A DNA stretch of 64,000 nt, taken from assembly GCA_036867785.1 (NCBI GenBank), contig CP145427.1, forward strand, positions 496,001-560,000, read 5' to 3'. Origin of the DNA: Plasmodiophora brassicae (lineage: Eukaryota). The position numbers and the translations under genes were made by a program. Below the pieces are notes generated by a model. It saw only the letters and a program-made list of their open reading frames with translations. It made no database searches and had not been told where the DNA came from. This document shows positions 22,185 to 34,156 of the stretch, piece by piece. Numbering within the stretch: position 1 is the first letter of the stretch; each line of letters begins with the position of its first letter.

Positions 22185-24429
22185 ATGACGTTCGATGCGC
22201 TGGAGACCGAGTTCGCCAATGCCAAATTGGTGCGGTCGTTAGCGCGCCGCGACGACCGCAAGTACTTCTGGCGCCTGCTGCCGCCCGAATCAGAGCAATG
22301 CGTGCGCCTGGCGGCTCGGTACGGCGTCGCATCGTCGTCGTCGTCGCCCAAGTCGAAGTTCGCGGCCGCCGCCTCGATGGACGCCATCAGCGACCCGAAG
22401 CGGCAGGTCTCGGAGGCCCAGTCCGCCTCGAATTACCATTTCCTGGACATCCTGTCGGAGCCGTGCGGCCTGTACATGTTCGACCTGTTCCTGCAGCGCC
22501 TGCAGGAGGACGACGCCATCCACTGGCTGCACTTCCTGCAGGTCGCCCACCCGACCGTCATCTTCTCGCAGCGCGGCGTACGACTCGACTTTGACCAGAT
22601 CGTCGCCAAGTACCTGAGCGACACGCTCGCCAGCGGCGCCGGTGCCGAACCCGTCGACGTGCCCGCCCCCGGCCCACCCGTCAGCGAATCACGGGGCGCT
22701 CGACGCCTGTCCGGCAAGCAACAGTTCAGCTCCATGTCGCAGCAGCCGGGGCACATCGCCGTACAGGTCGGCGCACAGTCGCCTGCCAAGACCAAGGTAC
22801 GTCCCGGGGCGGGTGCGCTCGCGTCGTCGTCGTCTGCCGCTGCGCCTGCGTCGCTGACTGAATCCGCCTGCTTGGCAGTTGCGTTCGGCCATGTCGCATT
22901 ACGCGGCGCCGTTCCGGTTCCAGTACGACACCGCCGACCGGGCGCAGGCGTTCGCGAACAGGGCGGCCGGGTCCGGCGAACCGCTGGCGCAGCTGTCGAA
23001 ACGGGTGCTGGAGGCCCTCGAGCAGGCCTTCTTCGTGGCCTTCCTCGAGAGCCAACAGTTCAAACGGTTCATTCAGCTGAAGGAGTTCGCGCTGCGACCG
23101 GTGACGGTCGACGATTTCACGACGTTCCGCGTGATGGGCCGCGGCGCCTACGGGGCCGTCTACGCCGTCGAGAAGGTGAACACGCACCGGGTCTACGCCT
23201 GGAAGGAGATGAACAAGCGGCACCTGAAGCACCAGCGGGCGATCGACGTCGCCCTGAACGAGGTCCGCATCCTGTCCGAGCTGAACTCGCCGTTCATCAC
23301 GTCGCTCCGGTACTGCCTGCAGACCAGCGAGAGCCTGATCCTCGTCCTCGACTTCTGCTCCGGCGGCGACCTGTCCTACCACATGAAACGGAAGCCGTCG
23401 GTCGGGCCGGGCGACCCGGGAGGGGCCGCTGTCCCGAATGCGAACGCGCTCAATGCCGCGCAGGCCACGGCGGTGTCGCCGACCGCCACGACGAAACGGC
23501 GACGGAAGAAGCCGATCCCGCCGGATCTGCTCCTGCTGTACGCCGCCGAGATCATCCTCGGCCTGGAGCACATGCACGAGCACCGGATCGTGTTCCGCGA
23601 CCTGAAACCGGCGAACATCCTCCTCGACATGAACGGGCACGTGCAGATCAGCGACCTGGGTCTGGCGAAGAAGTTCAGCGACCGGAAGCCGTCGACGTCG
23701 TCGCTGGGTGGGACGCCCGGGTACTGGGCCCCGGAGGTCCTCGCCAGGCAGCCCTATGCGCAATGGGTCGACTGGTGGTCCTTTGCCGTCTTCCTGTACG
23801 AGGGCATCTGTGGCATGAGGCCCCCGTGCCGATGCGTACGAGGCACCAGCGAATGGTGCCCGTTCATTGATTCCCGGGAGCAGGAGGAGAACGCCAAGAA
23901 CGGCGGCACGTTGAAGCTCTGCATTGACTTCCCGGAGCCGTACTTTACACCCGAGGCCAAGGACCTCATCCAGCAGCTGCTGAGGCCGATCCCCAGCAGT
24001 CGCCTCGGGTACAACGGCGCCGCCGAAGTCAAGGCGCACGACTTTTTCAAATCGGTCGACTGGGCCGCCGTTGCCTCCCGGTCCATAACGCCGTCGTTCG
24101 TGCCCGGTATGAACGTTCACGCCAGCTCGGTCCAGGAGGTCGGCGAGGTCAACAAGCAAAGGTACAAGAAGGTTCGTGCGCGCCGATGATGCCCTATGTC
24201 GTGTTTCATACTGACACCGACTGGTGGCATTCGTCAGGTACCTCTGGATAATCGCGACCACAAGCAATTCGCCCAGTTTAAGTACGTCAACGACCGCGTC
24301 GTTCAAGAGGAGCTCGTTCGCGTGCTGATAGAGGAAAGCGAACGCGATGCGCCGAACAAGTGGACGCCGTTCGAGCAGCACGGGAGAGGCGCCAGACAGC
24401 TGTCTCACAAGTGTTGCACCATATTATAA
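22185..24429 (+). CDS. GRK: G protein-coupled receptor kinase (RGS-homology plus AGC kinase) with C-terminal CaaX
   Basis: RGS-like ILSEPCGLYMFDLFL...FLESQQFKRFIQLK, GRGAYGAV, RDLKPANILLD, GRK-type SDLGLA, ends KCCTIL*. Introns 22797-22878 and 24172-24237; an in-frame intron at 22542-22598 is possible. Confidence 0.9.
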
Positions 24430-24528
24430 TCAGTATGAGTATAGTACAATACTATAGCAGTAGCTCATATGTACGGTGCCATGCTGGTGAAAACGCCGAC
24501 CGAATGCATGCTCAACGGGGAGCCTATG

Positions 24529-25070
24529 TAGAAGTGCATGACAGATCGGGTACCCGATACCCGTACCCGAGCCGCTTACCCGACCTACCCGCGGGCGGGT
24601 ACGGGTATGGGTGCTGGAAAGCTCTGCGGGTGGGTAGTCTGCGGGTACTGCTTTTCGTTCGGGCGGCCACGGGTGCGGGCACGATCACGCCGCTGCCGCG
24701 TACCTCAACTCGATGTTCAAGTGGCGTCTGCCAAAGTTGGGGTTGGACGACGAGTTGATCGCCGATGGCTTGGCATTGCTGAAAACCATGTTGTTCGTCA
24801 GCGAACCCGTCGATGCTGAGCCGAAACGCAAGCAACCGCCGACGCGTACGCAAACCGAAACGATCCAAGGACGTCGCTGTTCGAGGACCTGCATGCTCTG
24901 AAATGAGTTCCATGACGACGACGACATATATAGGCGGTGTCGACGATGAAGACTCAGATGGCGCGGCTGACAGCGAGGAAGTGGCTCTGGCTGCTTTGGA
25001 AATACGGTTCAACTTGGAGCTACTCCCCAATACTCGAGACGCTGTCGCCCGCCCGTCTCGTTGTTGACAA
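24529..25070 (+). mobile_element. Probable hAT-type terminal region or remnant
   Basis: Dense tacccg/cgggta subterminal-style repeats at 24548-24647, followed by degenerate ORF fragments. Confidence 0.45.
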
Positions 25071-25296
25071 TATCAGTGAGGGTCATCAAAATTAGCCTTA
25101 TCTGGTCCGGGAGAAGCGCTTCTACATAGTCAGGCCTCTTTAAAGTAGGACATTGCCCTATTCGTACTATTCCAGCTTAAATAGTACATCTTGGGACGCT
25201 TAGAATAGTACATCTAGTACATCTACAGAATTCCGTCCAATAGACGCCCTATGATCGATCTAACTAGTGTGTAAATATCAATTAATGCAGCAGGCC

Positions 25297-25944
25297 CTAG
25301 AGACGATTTGCCACATCCTGGAGTGCGCGGTATTGCTCGGCATACATGATTCCTTCCAGAACGAAATCTGTCATGGCGGCGCAATAGGCATTCCGGCGAT
25401 AGGACATTAAGGAGAAGTCACCCTCGACCCGACTAGTGGTTGGCATCACGGTCGCCAGACCCGCCGCGGACTGCAGCAACTCGGCGAAAAGATCGAGAAC
25501 CACAAGGTGACCAGGCCTTTGAGAACGCATTGCGAGTCGTAGACTGCAGTGATGCCATCAACGGCGGCTCTTGTGCAGAGATGCGAATGAGATCTTTGTG
25601 CTGCCCGCGCAAACTGTAGGACTAAATTCTGGATCGAAAGCTGCTCCTTGTGACTTGCAACCAAGGACACAAAATCGACCATTGATCACGTACTGTATTA
25701 GCCAGTTGCACGGCAGACAAGGTGGCGCAAGAGCCGATTCGCGGCCAGCAGCCTGTATGCCTGCCATCACCTTGGCCACACCACTCATAGCTTCCAGATA
25801 AAGAACTGCACAGGAGGCAAGTACTGCCATCTTCCTATATAAGAGGTTCAATCTCTGCAGCAAGTTCTGCAGCATCCACATCAATGCCTTGGAGTAGAAG
25901 CTCTATGCCAGCAACAGAGACCGAGAACTGTCCTTTCAACACAG
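25297..25944 (-). pseudogene. hAT-like transposase C-terminal remnant, interrupted at 25945 by element 3
   Basis: AGLATVMPTTSRVEGDFSLMSYRRNAYCAAMTDFVLEGIM resembles the hAT dimerization region. Several frameshifts. Confidence 0.65.
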
Positions 25945-25995
25945 TGTAGATCGTGTATAGAGAACCTCAGTGTCCTCGCTCCCAGATCTCCTGAT

Positions 25996-26648
25996 TATGG
26001 AATTGTTAAAAACAGAGAATGGCTGGTTGAGTGTAAAATACATGTATTTTACACGTAAAAAACATGTTTAAAACAGCAGGGGGCTGCGCCCCCTCGCAGT
26101 ACGCCTTCATTGGTCACGGTCCTGACAACCTGACCAGATTCGATGACCTCTTCGTCACCAACGGGGTACAAATGTGTGTCCGAAATCGCCTCGGGAAGTG
26201 TGCCTGGCTCGGCAATGCCAACGAACCCTGCGAACTCCAGTCGAGTTACGTCTTCGTCATCGGAATCAACGACGTCTGGCTCTTCGTCAAATTTGACGAA
26301 GAGCCTTAGGCGAACCAAGCGACCCGGTTCAACGTGTGAAGGGGGTCATCTCGTGTATCTTTGTACGGCGAGTCATCTGGGCACTTGAATGCGATCCCAG
26401 TTCCTTGTTCGACGTTGCATCCCGATAGTCGAGCGCGTAGCCGGGAGTGCACGCGGTTGCAGGGCTCGTGATTCCGCTCGCCCCCGACGACGACGACGCG
26501 CACGCACAACGAAGGCTCTGGGACGGATCGGGAAACCCTGACGTTACCTGTATTTTACAGTGTAAAGTTGGTTCCTGGGTAGTGTATTGTATTTTACATG
26601 TAAAAAACAGGCTTGTAAAAAACACCCCTTCATTACAACAATTCCATA
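25996..26648. mobile_element. 653-bp non-autonomous hAT-type element (MITE) inserted in the LTR of element 3
   Basis: TIR tatggaattgtt / aacaattccata. 8-bp TSD ctcctgat at 25988-25995 and 26649-26656. Subterminal tgtaaaa/ttttaca repeats. Confidence 0.9.
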
Positions 26649-28294
26649 CTCCTGATCCTTCTCCTCCATGCCGTCCGGCCTTCCCGCATGCCGTACGGAC
26701 TCTCCCTGGTCTTAGGGCTGCCTCTCCTAGATGCTGTTCTTGGTATCACAGGCAGCAGATTCGCTACATGCGCGCTACATTATTTTGGTATTTTTCAATG
26801 GTGCATCGGCGCTACATTCATGTAGCCGCCCGACAACAGAGGTGCTACATGCCTGTGCCACGTTTGTAGCGTGTTGGCTACATTTGTGCTACATTCGATG
26901 TAGCGTGTTTGTAGCCTTTCGGCCACAAACATGCTACATGAATGTAGCTCAAATGTAGCACCCCGGGCACGTGCATGCTACATTAATGTAGCTCAAATGT
27001 AGCCTTTCGGACGCATACACGCTACATTCAATGTATCTGAGATGTAGCCGATTGGACACATTTTAGCTACAACACTTGTAGTCTGGATGTAGCCGTTCGG
27101 TAACAGACCGGCTACATTAATGTAGCCCAGCTGTAGCCCTTCTACTACCGTATTTCGTAGCGCATTCGAAGCACGAAACCCGTATCCATTGCGACGCATC
27201 GCACACCGCCGGAGCGTGAAACTGTATTACCGATTCCTCAGCTCTTGCTTGGCGCGCTTTATATGACGAGCCGTCATCTTAACGAGGTCGGGGTGCACCC
27301 AGGTGTAATCCTCATCATCATCATCATCATCGCACAGCTCGTCCCAAAGGTTCGCGATTGTAGTCAGTCTCGAGCCAATATCCCCAATCACTTTATCATC
27401 CATCCCATCCACGGCGTCGGCCATGCCATCACAGTGGAGCTAAATCCGTGCAGGCCCCCTTTTCCTCAGGACAGCAGGACCCTTCTCCTCAGGACAGCAG
27501 CATCTTGAGGTCGGGCACGAGACGCTAAATATAGAGCCCCGCTCTACACTGCCTTTCTCCGAACTCGTGCCCGGAACCAGCAACATCATCTTCGTGCCCG
27601 GCGAAGATAGGGAAGATGGCGAAGGGTAGTGTGAGACTCGGAATCACCCAATACTCACTAAAAACCACCTTGTAACCCCATGGGAAAAATCGGTGGAAAA
27701 TCCATTTACGGACACCCTTGCCACAGCCAGCCGAGATGGAGATACATGAACTGACGAAAACATCGGCGATGGGGCGCTCGACCCAGATGTGTGGAGCCCG
27801 GTCCATATACACCCGAAAAGTATCATTCACCTAGCTCAGCGGCCGACACAGATGCGTGGACCCCCAGCGCAACAGAATCTCGATAGTCAGAACGCCCTGA
27901 CCAGAGTCAAATCTGCGGTGACGAGTGACTTAACGGATGCTGCCGAACGTCCCGTGACACAACGATATTGATGAGGCCACCTGTGTGACTACCCATCGAG
28001 TAGCGTGATGGCCTCTCAGAGGAGCACCATAAACCGTGGTTGCATGATCGCATAACAACCAGGTTGACTGATTCCATGACTTGCATGCAAACCAGTTGCA
28101 ATGGTCCCAATGATTTGAGAACCGGGCCCGCAATTATTGAGGACCATGATCATGATCATCCTCGTATCGTCCAGTGCAGAACCGATACGGTTGCGTCGTC
28201 CTTCCGGTCCCGACGGTACTGAATAAGCGTGTTTGACGGTTGACTCCTGTACAACCACAAACCGTAAACACTGCACAGGCATTGTCATTCATAC

Positions 28295-31200
28295 CTAATG
28301 CCGTCGTCGCTGCTTCCGCTTTGTCTGTCGTTGCGCGTTACTCGCTCGCTTTGGTGCTGGGGCGAAACGACGTAGAGCTTCCGCTTGTGGATGATTGTCT
28401 TCCAGACGTCTTATGAGCTGGTGCACTAACTCGGGAACGTCCTCATAGATGATATGTGCAGGTTCCCACGTCGCCTCCTCAAGATCGAACCCAGACCACG
28501 ATACCTTGATCTGCAGTTCTTGCGTGTCTCGATCGATACGACAATCCAATAGATCGTCCACAATCAAATGCTGGTCAGTGTGTTGGAGGTGGCGCTTCAA
28601 ATCGACGGACATGTTCAAGTCAGCGTCTGCATATCGTCGAATTCGTTGCGTGTGTGCGTTGAAGCGTCGTTCAGATAGGGGGTTCTCCAACTCATACACT
28701 TGCTCGTTGATTTGCTTGACAACTCGATACGGTCCCCGCCACTGCGCTATCAGCTTCTGCGCAGGACCTGGTACCGGCTTGGCATTGAGCACGTAGTCGC
28801 CAACGATGAACGATTCGTAGGGACTACTCTTGAGTCGTCGTCGTCGTTGCTCAACATTGGCAGCATGTCGCTGTGCCTTCGCTTCATCGAAGGCCTTGTG
28901 GATCTCGTCGAGGGTCTCTTGCAACATCTGCACGTATTTGGCGAATCCCTCCGGTGGTACTCGTCGACACTGTCTTTCTACTGGGTCCCAGATCTGGTCA
29001 AGCGGGCTTTCCGGTGAACGTCCCGTGATAACCGTGAATGGCGCGTAGCCGTTGAGTCGTCGACTTGGTGTGTGGTTGATGACATGCTGAACAACAGGAC
29101 ATAAGTACGGCCAGTTGTGCGTGCTAATCTGGGCCTCGTTCAGGACTGATCGCATGACGTTTAGTTTAGTCAGTTTAGTTTTATTTGTTTTTCGCGCTTT
29201 TTCATCACGCAGGCGCCTCGGTCTCGAGTCCGAGGATCGAAGGTTCAGCAGCAGAACGCCAACATCACCCGGCCTGGCCGTGCCGGCCCGTCACCTTTGT
29301 ACTGGGTTCATCGCGCCTTGGACGATATCGGAACGGGACGTGATTCGCTCGGACTTGTCGACTGCACTCTTGTCGTACCTCTTTCGCCATACCGCCTATG
29401 CCGGGGAGCCGACATACACTTGTTACGGGCCGTTCTTTTACCTTCCAGACGCTCAAGCGAAACCCCTAATGGCTCTGGCACTTTGGGCTGCCTGATCAGT
29501 AAACACACCCCTTCAACATTTACGGCTGTTGGCCACCGGGACATTTTTGGGGGAGATCGTGCCTCGAACTGGGGACCTTGCGGTCCCACGACTCCTTGCT
29601 GACCTGCTGGTACTCCTGACCAGCTAGGTCACTGGGGGCAGCGCCCATCGCATGACGTTAAGCACAGTGCGGTTCGCGCGTTCCACCGTGCGGTGAGCCC
29701 ACGGACAATATGCCGTTGTGATGTGATGCTGAACATCTCGTAGCCGGGTAAGCTCCTCCATGACTTCTGCAGTGAAGTGTGAACCACCGTCCGTGACCAG
29801 GTACTCGGGCGTTGCGAAATCGGCAATCCACTGATTCAGAGCTTCCGCAGCAACACGACTTGTCGCTTCAGCTGATGGAATCAGACGAACATAACCACTG
29901 AAGTCGTCCTTCAAGAGAAGGATATACTTGTACTTGTGGTCCGCGCCCCTGACAGGCTCCACATAGAGATAGTCCATGGTGAGTACGTCGAACGGCTGGT
30001 GACCATGTAATGCTTCACCGAGCGGCCGAGGAACTTTCTTACCACCGCGTGTCGTGATGCAATGCAGGCATTGCTGACACATCGCTTCAATGTCCTGATT
30101 GATCTTGGTCCAGAAGAAGCGCTCCGTGATCATCTGCTTTGTTACTTCCGACGCACGATGACCAGCGCTTGCGCAATGGCCAATGACCAGGATTCGAAGG
30201 CGTAGACTCTTGCAGTCTTGATGACAAGGAATAAGAACGGCTTTGCTCTCGTTCTTCCACAGACGATCAGCTTCATCGAAGTATACCCCGTCCTCGATCT
30301 TCTCCTCTCGTGACAGAAAGCGTTGCGAATCGCGGATCTCCTTTTCGGTCGGCCAGCTAATTCAGGATGTTGCCGAGGAGTGACTCGCAAATCGTCCATC
30401 TGCATGATGCGCGTTGCTCTACATGACAGTGCGATGCGACCAGCTCCCCATCGAGTCAAGAGGTCTGCCCATACGTTGTCGGTTCCAGCGATCTCCTTCA
30501 TCTTGTAGCTGAAGCCTTGTAGATGCAATGCCCATCGCTCTAGCTTCTGCGCCGTATGCTTCTTGATCTCCGAGTTCCGGTCGAAGATGAACGTCAGATT
30601 GCGATGATCGCAGTATAGCAGGAACTCCCGGGATGTCTGCAGTAGGAAATCACCGCGCTGCGTAGCGTTGATGATCGCGGCTGCCTCCTTGTCGATCGTA
30701 GGCCATCTGACCTCTGCACCTGAGAAGCGCTTGCCGTAGAACGCGAGAGGTTCATGTCGTTGTTCGCATACAGGCAGGTTGACGTCCTCCATCGGGATCT
30801 GCGTAACCACCGCCGACCATGCTGCATCACTGGCGTCCGTGAACAGACAGGTCTGATGATCCTCCTTCGGAAATGCCAGCTGAACGTGTTGAATCAAAGC
30901 GAAGCGCACGTCCTCGAATGACTTGCTGTGCTGATCGGACCAGCCCAGTGCGTCCAGCGAGACACATGATGGCGATGATGATCGAATGCGCTTGAGCTCC
31001 TCGTTGGCAATATCAAGCAGCTCTTGCAGCGGTCGTACTATACTTGCGTAGCCGGGTACGTGGGTACGCATCCAGTTGGCCGCCCACAGAAACTGCTGCA
31101 GGTCCTTAGCGGTCTTCGGGCGTGGCATGCTGGTCAGCGCCTCGATGCGTTCTGGATCATGCCGAACTCCTTCTCGCGAGTATATCCTGCCGCACCACTT

Positions 31201-33618
31201 CAACTTGCGAGCGAACAACGTGCACTTGTTCGGGTTCAGCTTCAGGTTGCGCTCGCGACACCGCTCCAACACTCGTGTCAATTGATGAAGAAGGTCTTCC
31301 TCCGACCTCGCGAATCCGAGTATGTCGTCAATCCAGATGAACAAATTCTCCTTCATGTCGTCGAAGATAGCAGCCATTCGGACGTGGAACTGAACCGCCG
31401 AATTCATTCCCCCTTGAATGCTCCTCGTAGGCGTGAATACAGCGTCGTCCGTCATGAAGCTGAAGATTTCCTGACACTCCTTAGCCAAAGGCATCAACCA
31501 GAAGCCCTTGAAAGCATCAATCGTGAAGAAACAAGTCATGCCGGAGAGCTTGCGCGTAACAGCCTCAACATTCGGCATCGGCCATGCTGTGGGAACACAC
31601 CGTGCGTTCACTTGACGAAGATCGACACATAGACGATAGCCATCGCCTTTCGGTTTCTTGACGACTAGGACTGGACTTGCCCATCGCGAGTTCATGTTCA
31701 TGTAGACAAGACCGTTCTCCTTCAGCATACTGATCATGTCGTCTAGGAACTCCTTCTGCTTAGGATTGTAGAACCGAGGCTTGCATCGGTACGGAGTAGC
31801 GTCCTGCTTGAGTTGTGTTACCATCGGTTCGACATCGACAGGCTTGTCTTGACCCAGACGCGTGCGGAATTCGTTCAGATGTCGTCGCAAGATCAATCGT
31901 AGCTTAGCAACTCCTTGACGAGACATGCCATTGAGACGTGCTTGGTGTACCATCCGGTTACAAGAAGTTTCGATCTCGTGAGCATTGATCGGTCCCAAGT
32001 CAACTTCACTTGACGACGGTTCCATAGAGTCCGACTCTGGTACTGGGTAGTGATCTCCTCGCAACGTTGCCATTCTCGCGGCAATTCGCCTCACGGTCTC
32101 GATACAATCGACATCGACTGCGGCACATCCTGAGAGCGTATCCATCTCGGTGCATCCTGACGCGATGATGTTCTCGAGTCGCTGACGCGGATTGATGCCG
32201 AGAGTCGTTAGCAGATTGTCACCGAACAGGATCACAGGAATCTCGTCGCAAACGTAGTAGGTCACATGATACAGCGTCAAATTGCCAACTTCGGTCTCCA
32301 GGATCGTGATTGGAACTTGCACCGTGCGCGTTATGGTTCCGATAACTTTGCCTTCTGCTGAGGTGACGTCTCGTTGCTGAACGTCACGGAACGTGGCTTC
32401 TTTCAACTGGACAGCGATATGGCCAGGCATGATGTTGCCTCTGCGGCAGCCGGAATCCAACTCGTACGGAACACGTATGCCTTCCAGCACTACGCGTTGT
32501 AGATCATCGACAGTCTCAGCGTACCCGTTAGTCTTCTGGATCTTTATCGGGCGATGGTTGGCGCGAACAAGCTCATAGCACTTCTCCTTGGACGGCTTCG
32601 TCGGACACTCCTTTAAACTGTGCGGCCCCGCACAGTTCCAACACGTGATCTTGGCGCCTTTACGTTCAGCTGCAGTGTCGCGTGTCCGCTTCGTGCTTGA
32701 CGTTGTCTCATTCTCGGCCGTCGACACGCTAGGGGGTATGAACTGTACCGTTGGTTCTCCAGGCGACTTGACCTTCGTAGCAGGTGTCTGCTGCTCACGC
32801 AGATGAGCGGGCTTCGGACGGGTCGGCCGATTCAGAGGAGGAGGACGATGTTCCCGAACGCGTCGTCCCCCCGACGTGATCGCCACCTGATACTTGTGGC
32901 TGCGGTCGTTCAGACGAAGCTCGGCGCAGGTCTTCTTGGATACGCCACCAATCTGGGCTGAACCGTTGACAGCGACCTTGTGCATGATCCACTCCTGCAC
33001 CTGCTTCATAATCGCCTTCAGGTCCCCTTCGCGCTTGGACTTGTCCTCCTTGACCCATTGCCTTGTGAAGTCACGTAGCCTCCATGGTTGAAGCGTATCA
33101 ACCAGCAAACGGCCAAGGGCTCTACGCCCACCGACTGTTTCGCGCATGTGCTGCCAGCCTCGTCTCCACTGGATTTCAGTCATGCGGTCCAGGATCGACT
33201 GAACTTGATCCCTCAGAGTCGGGAGGCTGGTGTCCATCGACAGCTCACTCGCGATTTTGGCCTCAATGTCTTGGGTCGTCAGGCCATGACTCGCTGGAAG
33301 CTTTTTGATCTGCGCTTCGATCCATCCTTCCAGGTCGTCATCTGTCAGCAGGTCGACATTGGTCAGGAACAGGTGATTCAACGCGATGCAGGTCAGCTGC
33401 GGCGTGGTAAAGCAGAATCGTATCGCTTGAGGCTTGATTCTCGCGGCTTCCGGACGGTTGCCCTCACGGTCGATCACCACTGCACAATATCGATCGTACT
33501 GCTCTTTCAACTTCAAGATGGATGTGGAGTCCAACTTCGCGACCCGTGGCAGGATGCTGACATCCGCGTCCTTGACACCAATATGCTCGTCCGTGCTGGA
33601 CGTCGTCTCCGATGCCAT
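28295..33618 (-). pseudogene. gag-pol of element 2, frameshifted near 30355 and with a SINE in the integrase
   Basis: CWNCAGPHSLKEC, LDSG, IWIDDIL, LFTDAS, integrase fragments in different frames, chromodomain at 28440-28570. Confidence 0.88.
29162..29646 (-). mobile_element. 485-bp tRNA-type SINE
   Basis: 13-bp TSD atcgcatgacgtt at 29149-29161 and 29647-29659. Minus-strand A-box-like TGACCTAGCTGG (29620-29631), B-box-like AGTTCGAGGC (29561-29570), and an A-rich (ACTAA-type) tail. Confidence 0.85.
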
Positions 33619-33970
33619 GGCGCAGCGTCTCGACGTGGTGCGGGACGAAGTCAGACGTGTGGGATCAGACAGAGTGCGCACTGTAGTCAGTCTCGAGCCA
33701 ATATCCCCAATCACTTTATCATCCATCCCATCCACGGCGTCGGCCATGCCATCACAGTGGAGCTAAATCCGTGCAGGCCCCCTTTTCCTCAGGACAGCAG
33801 GACCCTTCTCCTCAGGACAGCAGCATCTTGAGGTCGGGCACGATACGCTAAATATAGAGCCCCGCTCTACACGATGAACGTGAATTTCTTTGAATCTGGA
33901 TTCTGCGCCACAATTGGGCCTTTTCGATTCTTACGACGCACCTGAGATCCCTCTTGGTGATGGCGTATCC

Positions 33971-34156
33971 TGTGCCGGCTCCAAGCTATAAGACAAGAAT
34001 AGCTGTGATCCGGCTGGCCGCCCTAAGAATGACGGACATGCACGAAGTCCGCACGGAGTCCGCACGGCGTCCGCACGGCGTCCGTGGGAGCTGCAGGTCG
34101 AGGACACAGACGACTACGTACACGGTTCGATAAACCATCACCGTTAGGACGTCACA
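33971..34156 (+). mobile_element. Solo LTR of the element 4 family
   Basis: Near-identical to 46078-46263. Ends TGTG...CACA with a 4-bp TSD atcc. Confidence 0.92.

Larger units (their letters stand above)
27359..33871 (-). mobile_element. Chromodomain Ty3/gypsy element 2 (related to element 1)
   Basis: 190-bp LTRs at 27359-27548 and 33682-33871, one mismatch seen. 4-bp TSD cgat. PPT at 27549-27560. Confidence 0.95.

Noticed and set aside
22726-24408. Long antisense ORFs opposite GRK (and likewise 773-2005 opposite CDC20)
   Set aside because: These are shadow ORFs expected from high GC3 coding sequence and have no motifs.
25945-26747. Solo LTR with an acag TSD
   Set aside because: The right acag is the start of the CACAG transposon TIR. 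The LTR continues at 37294.
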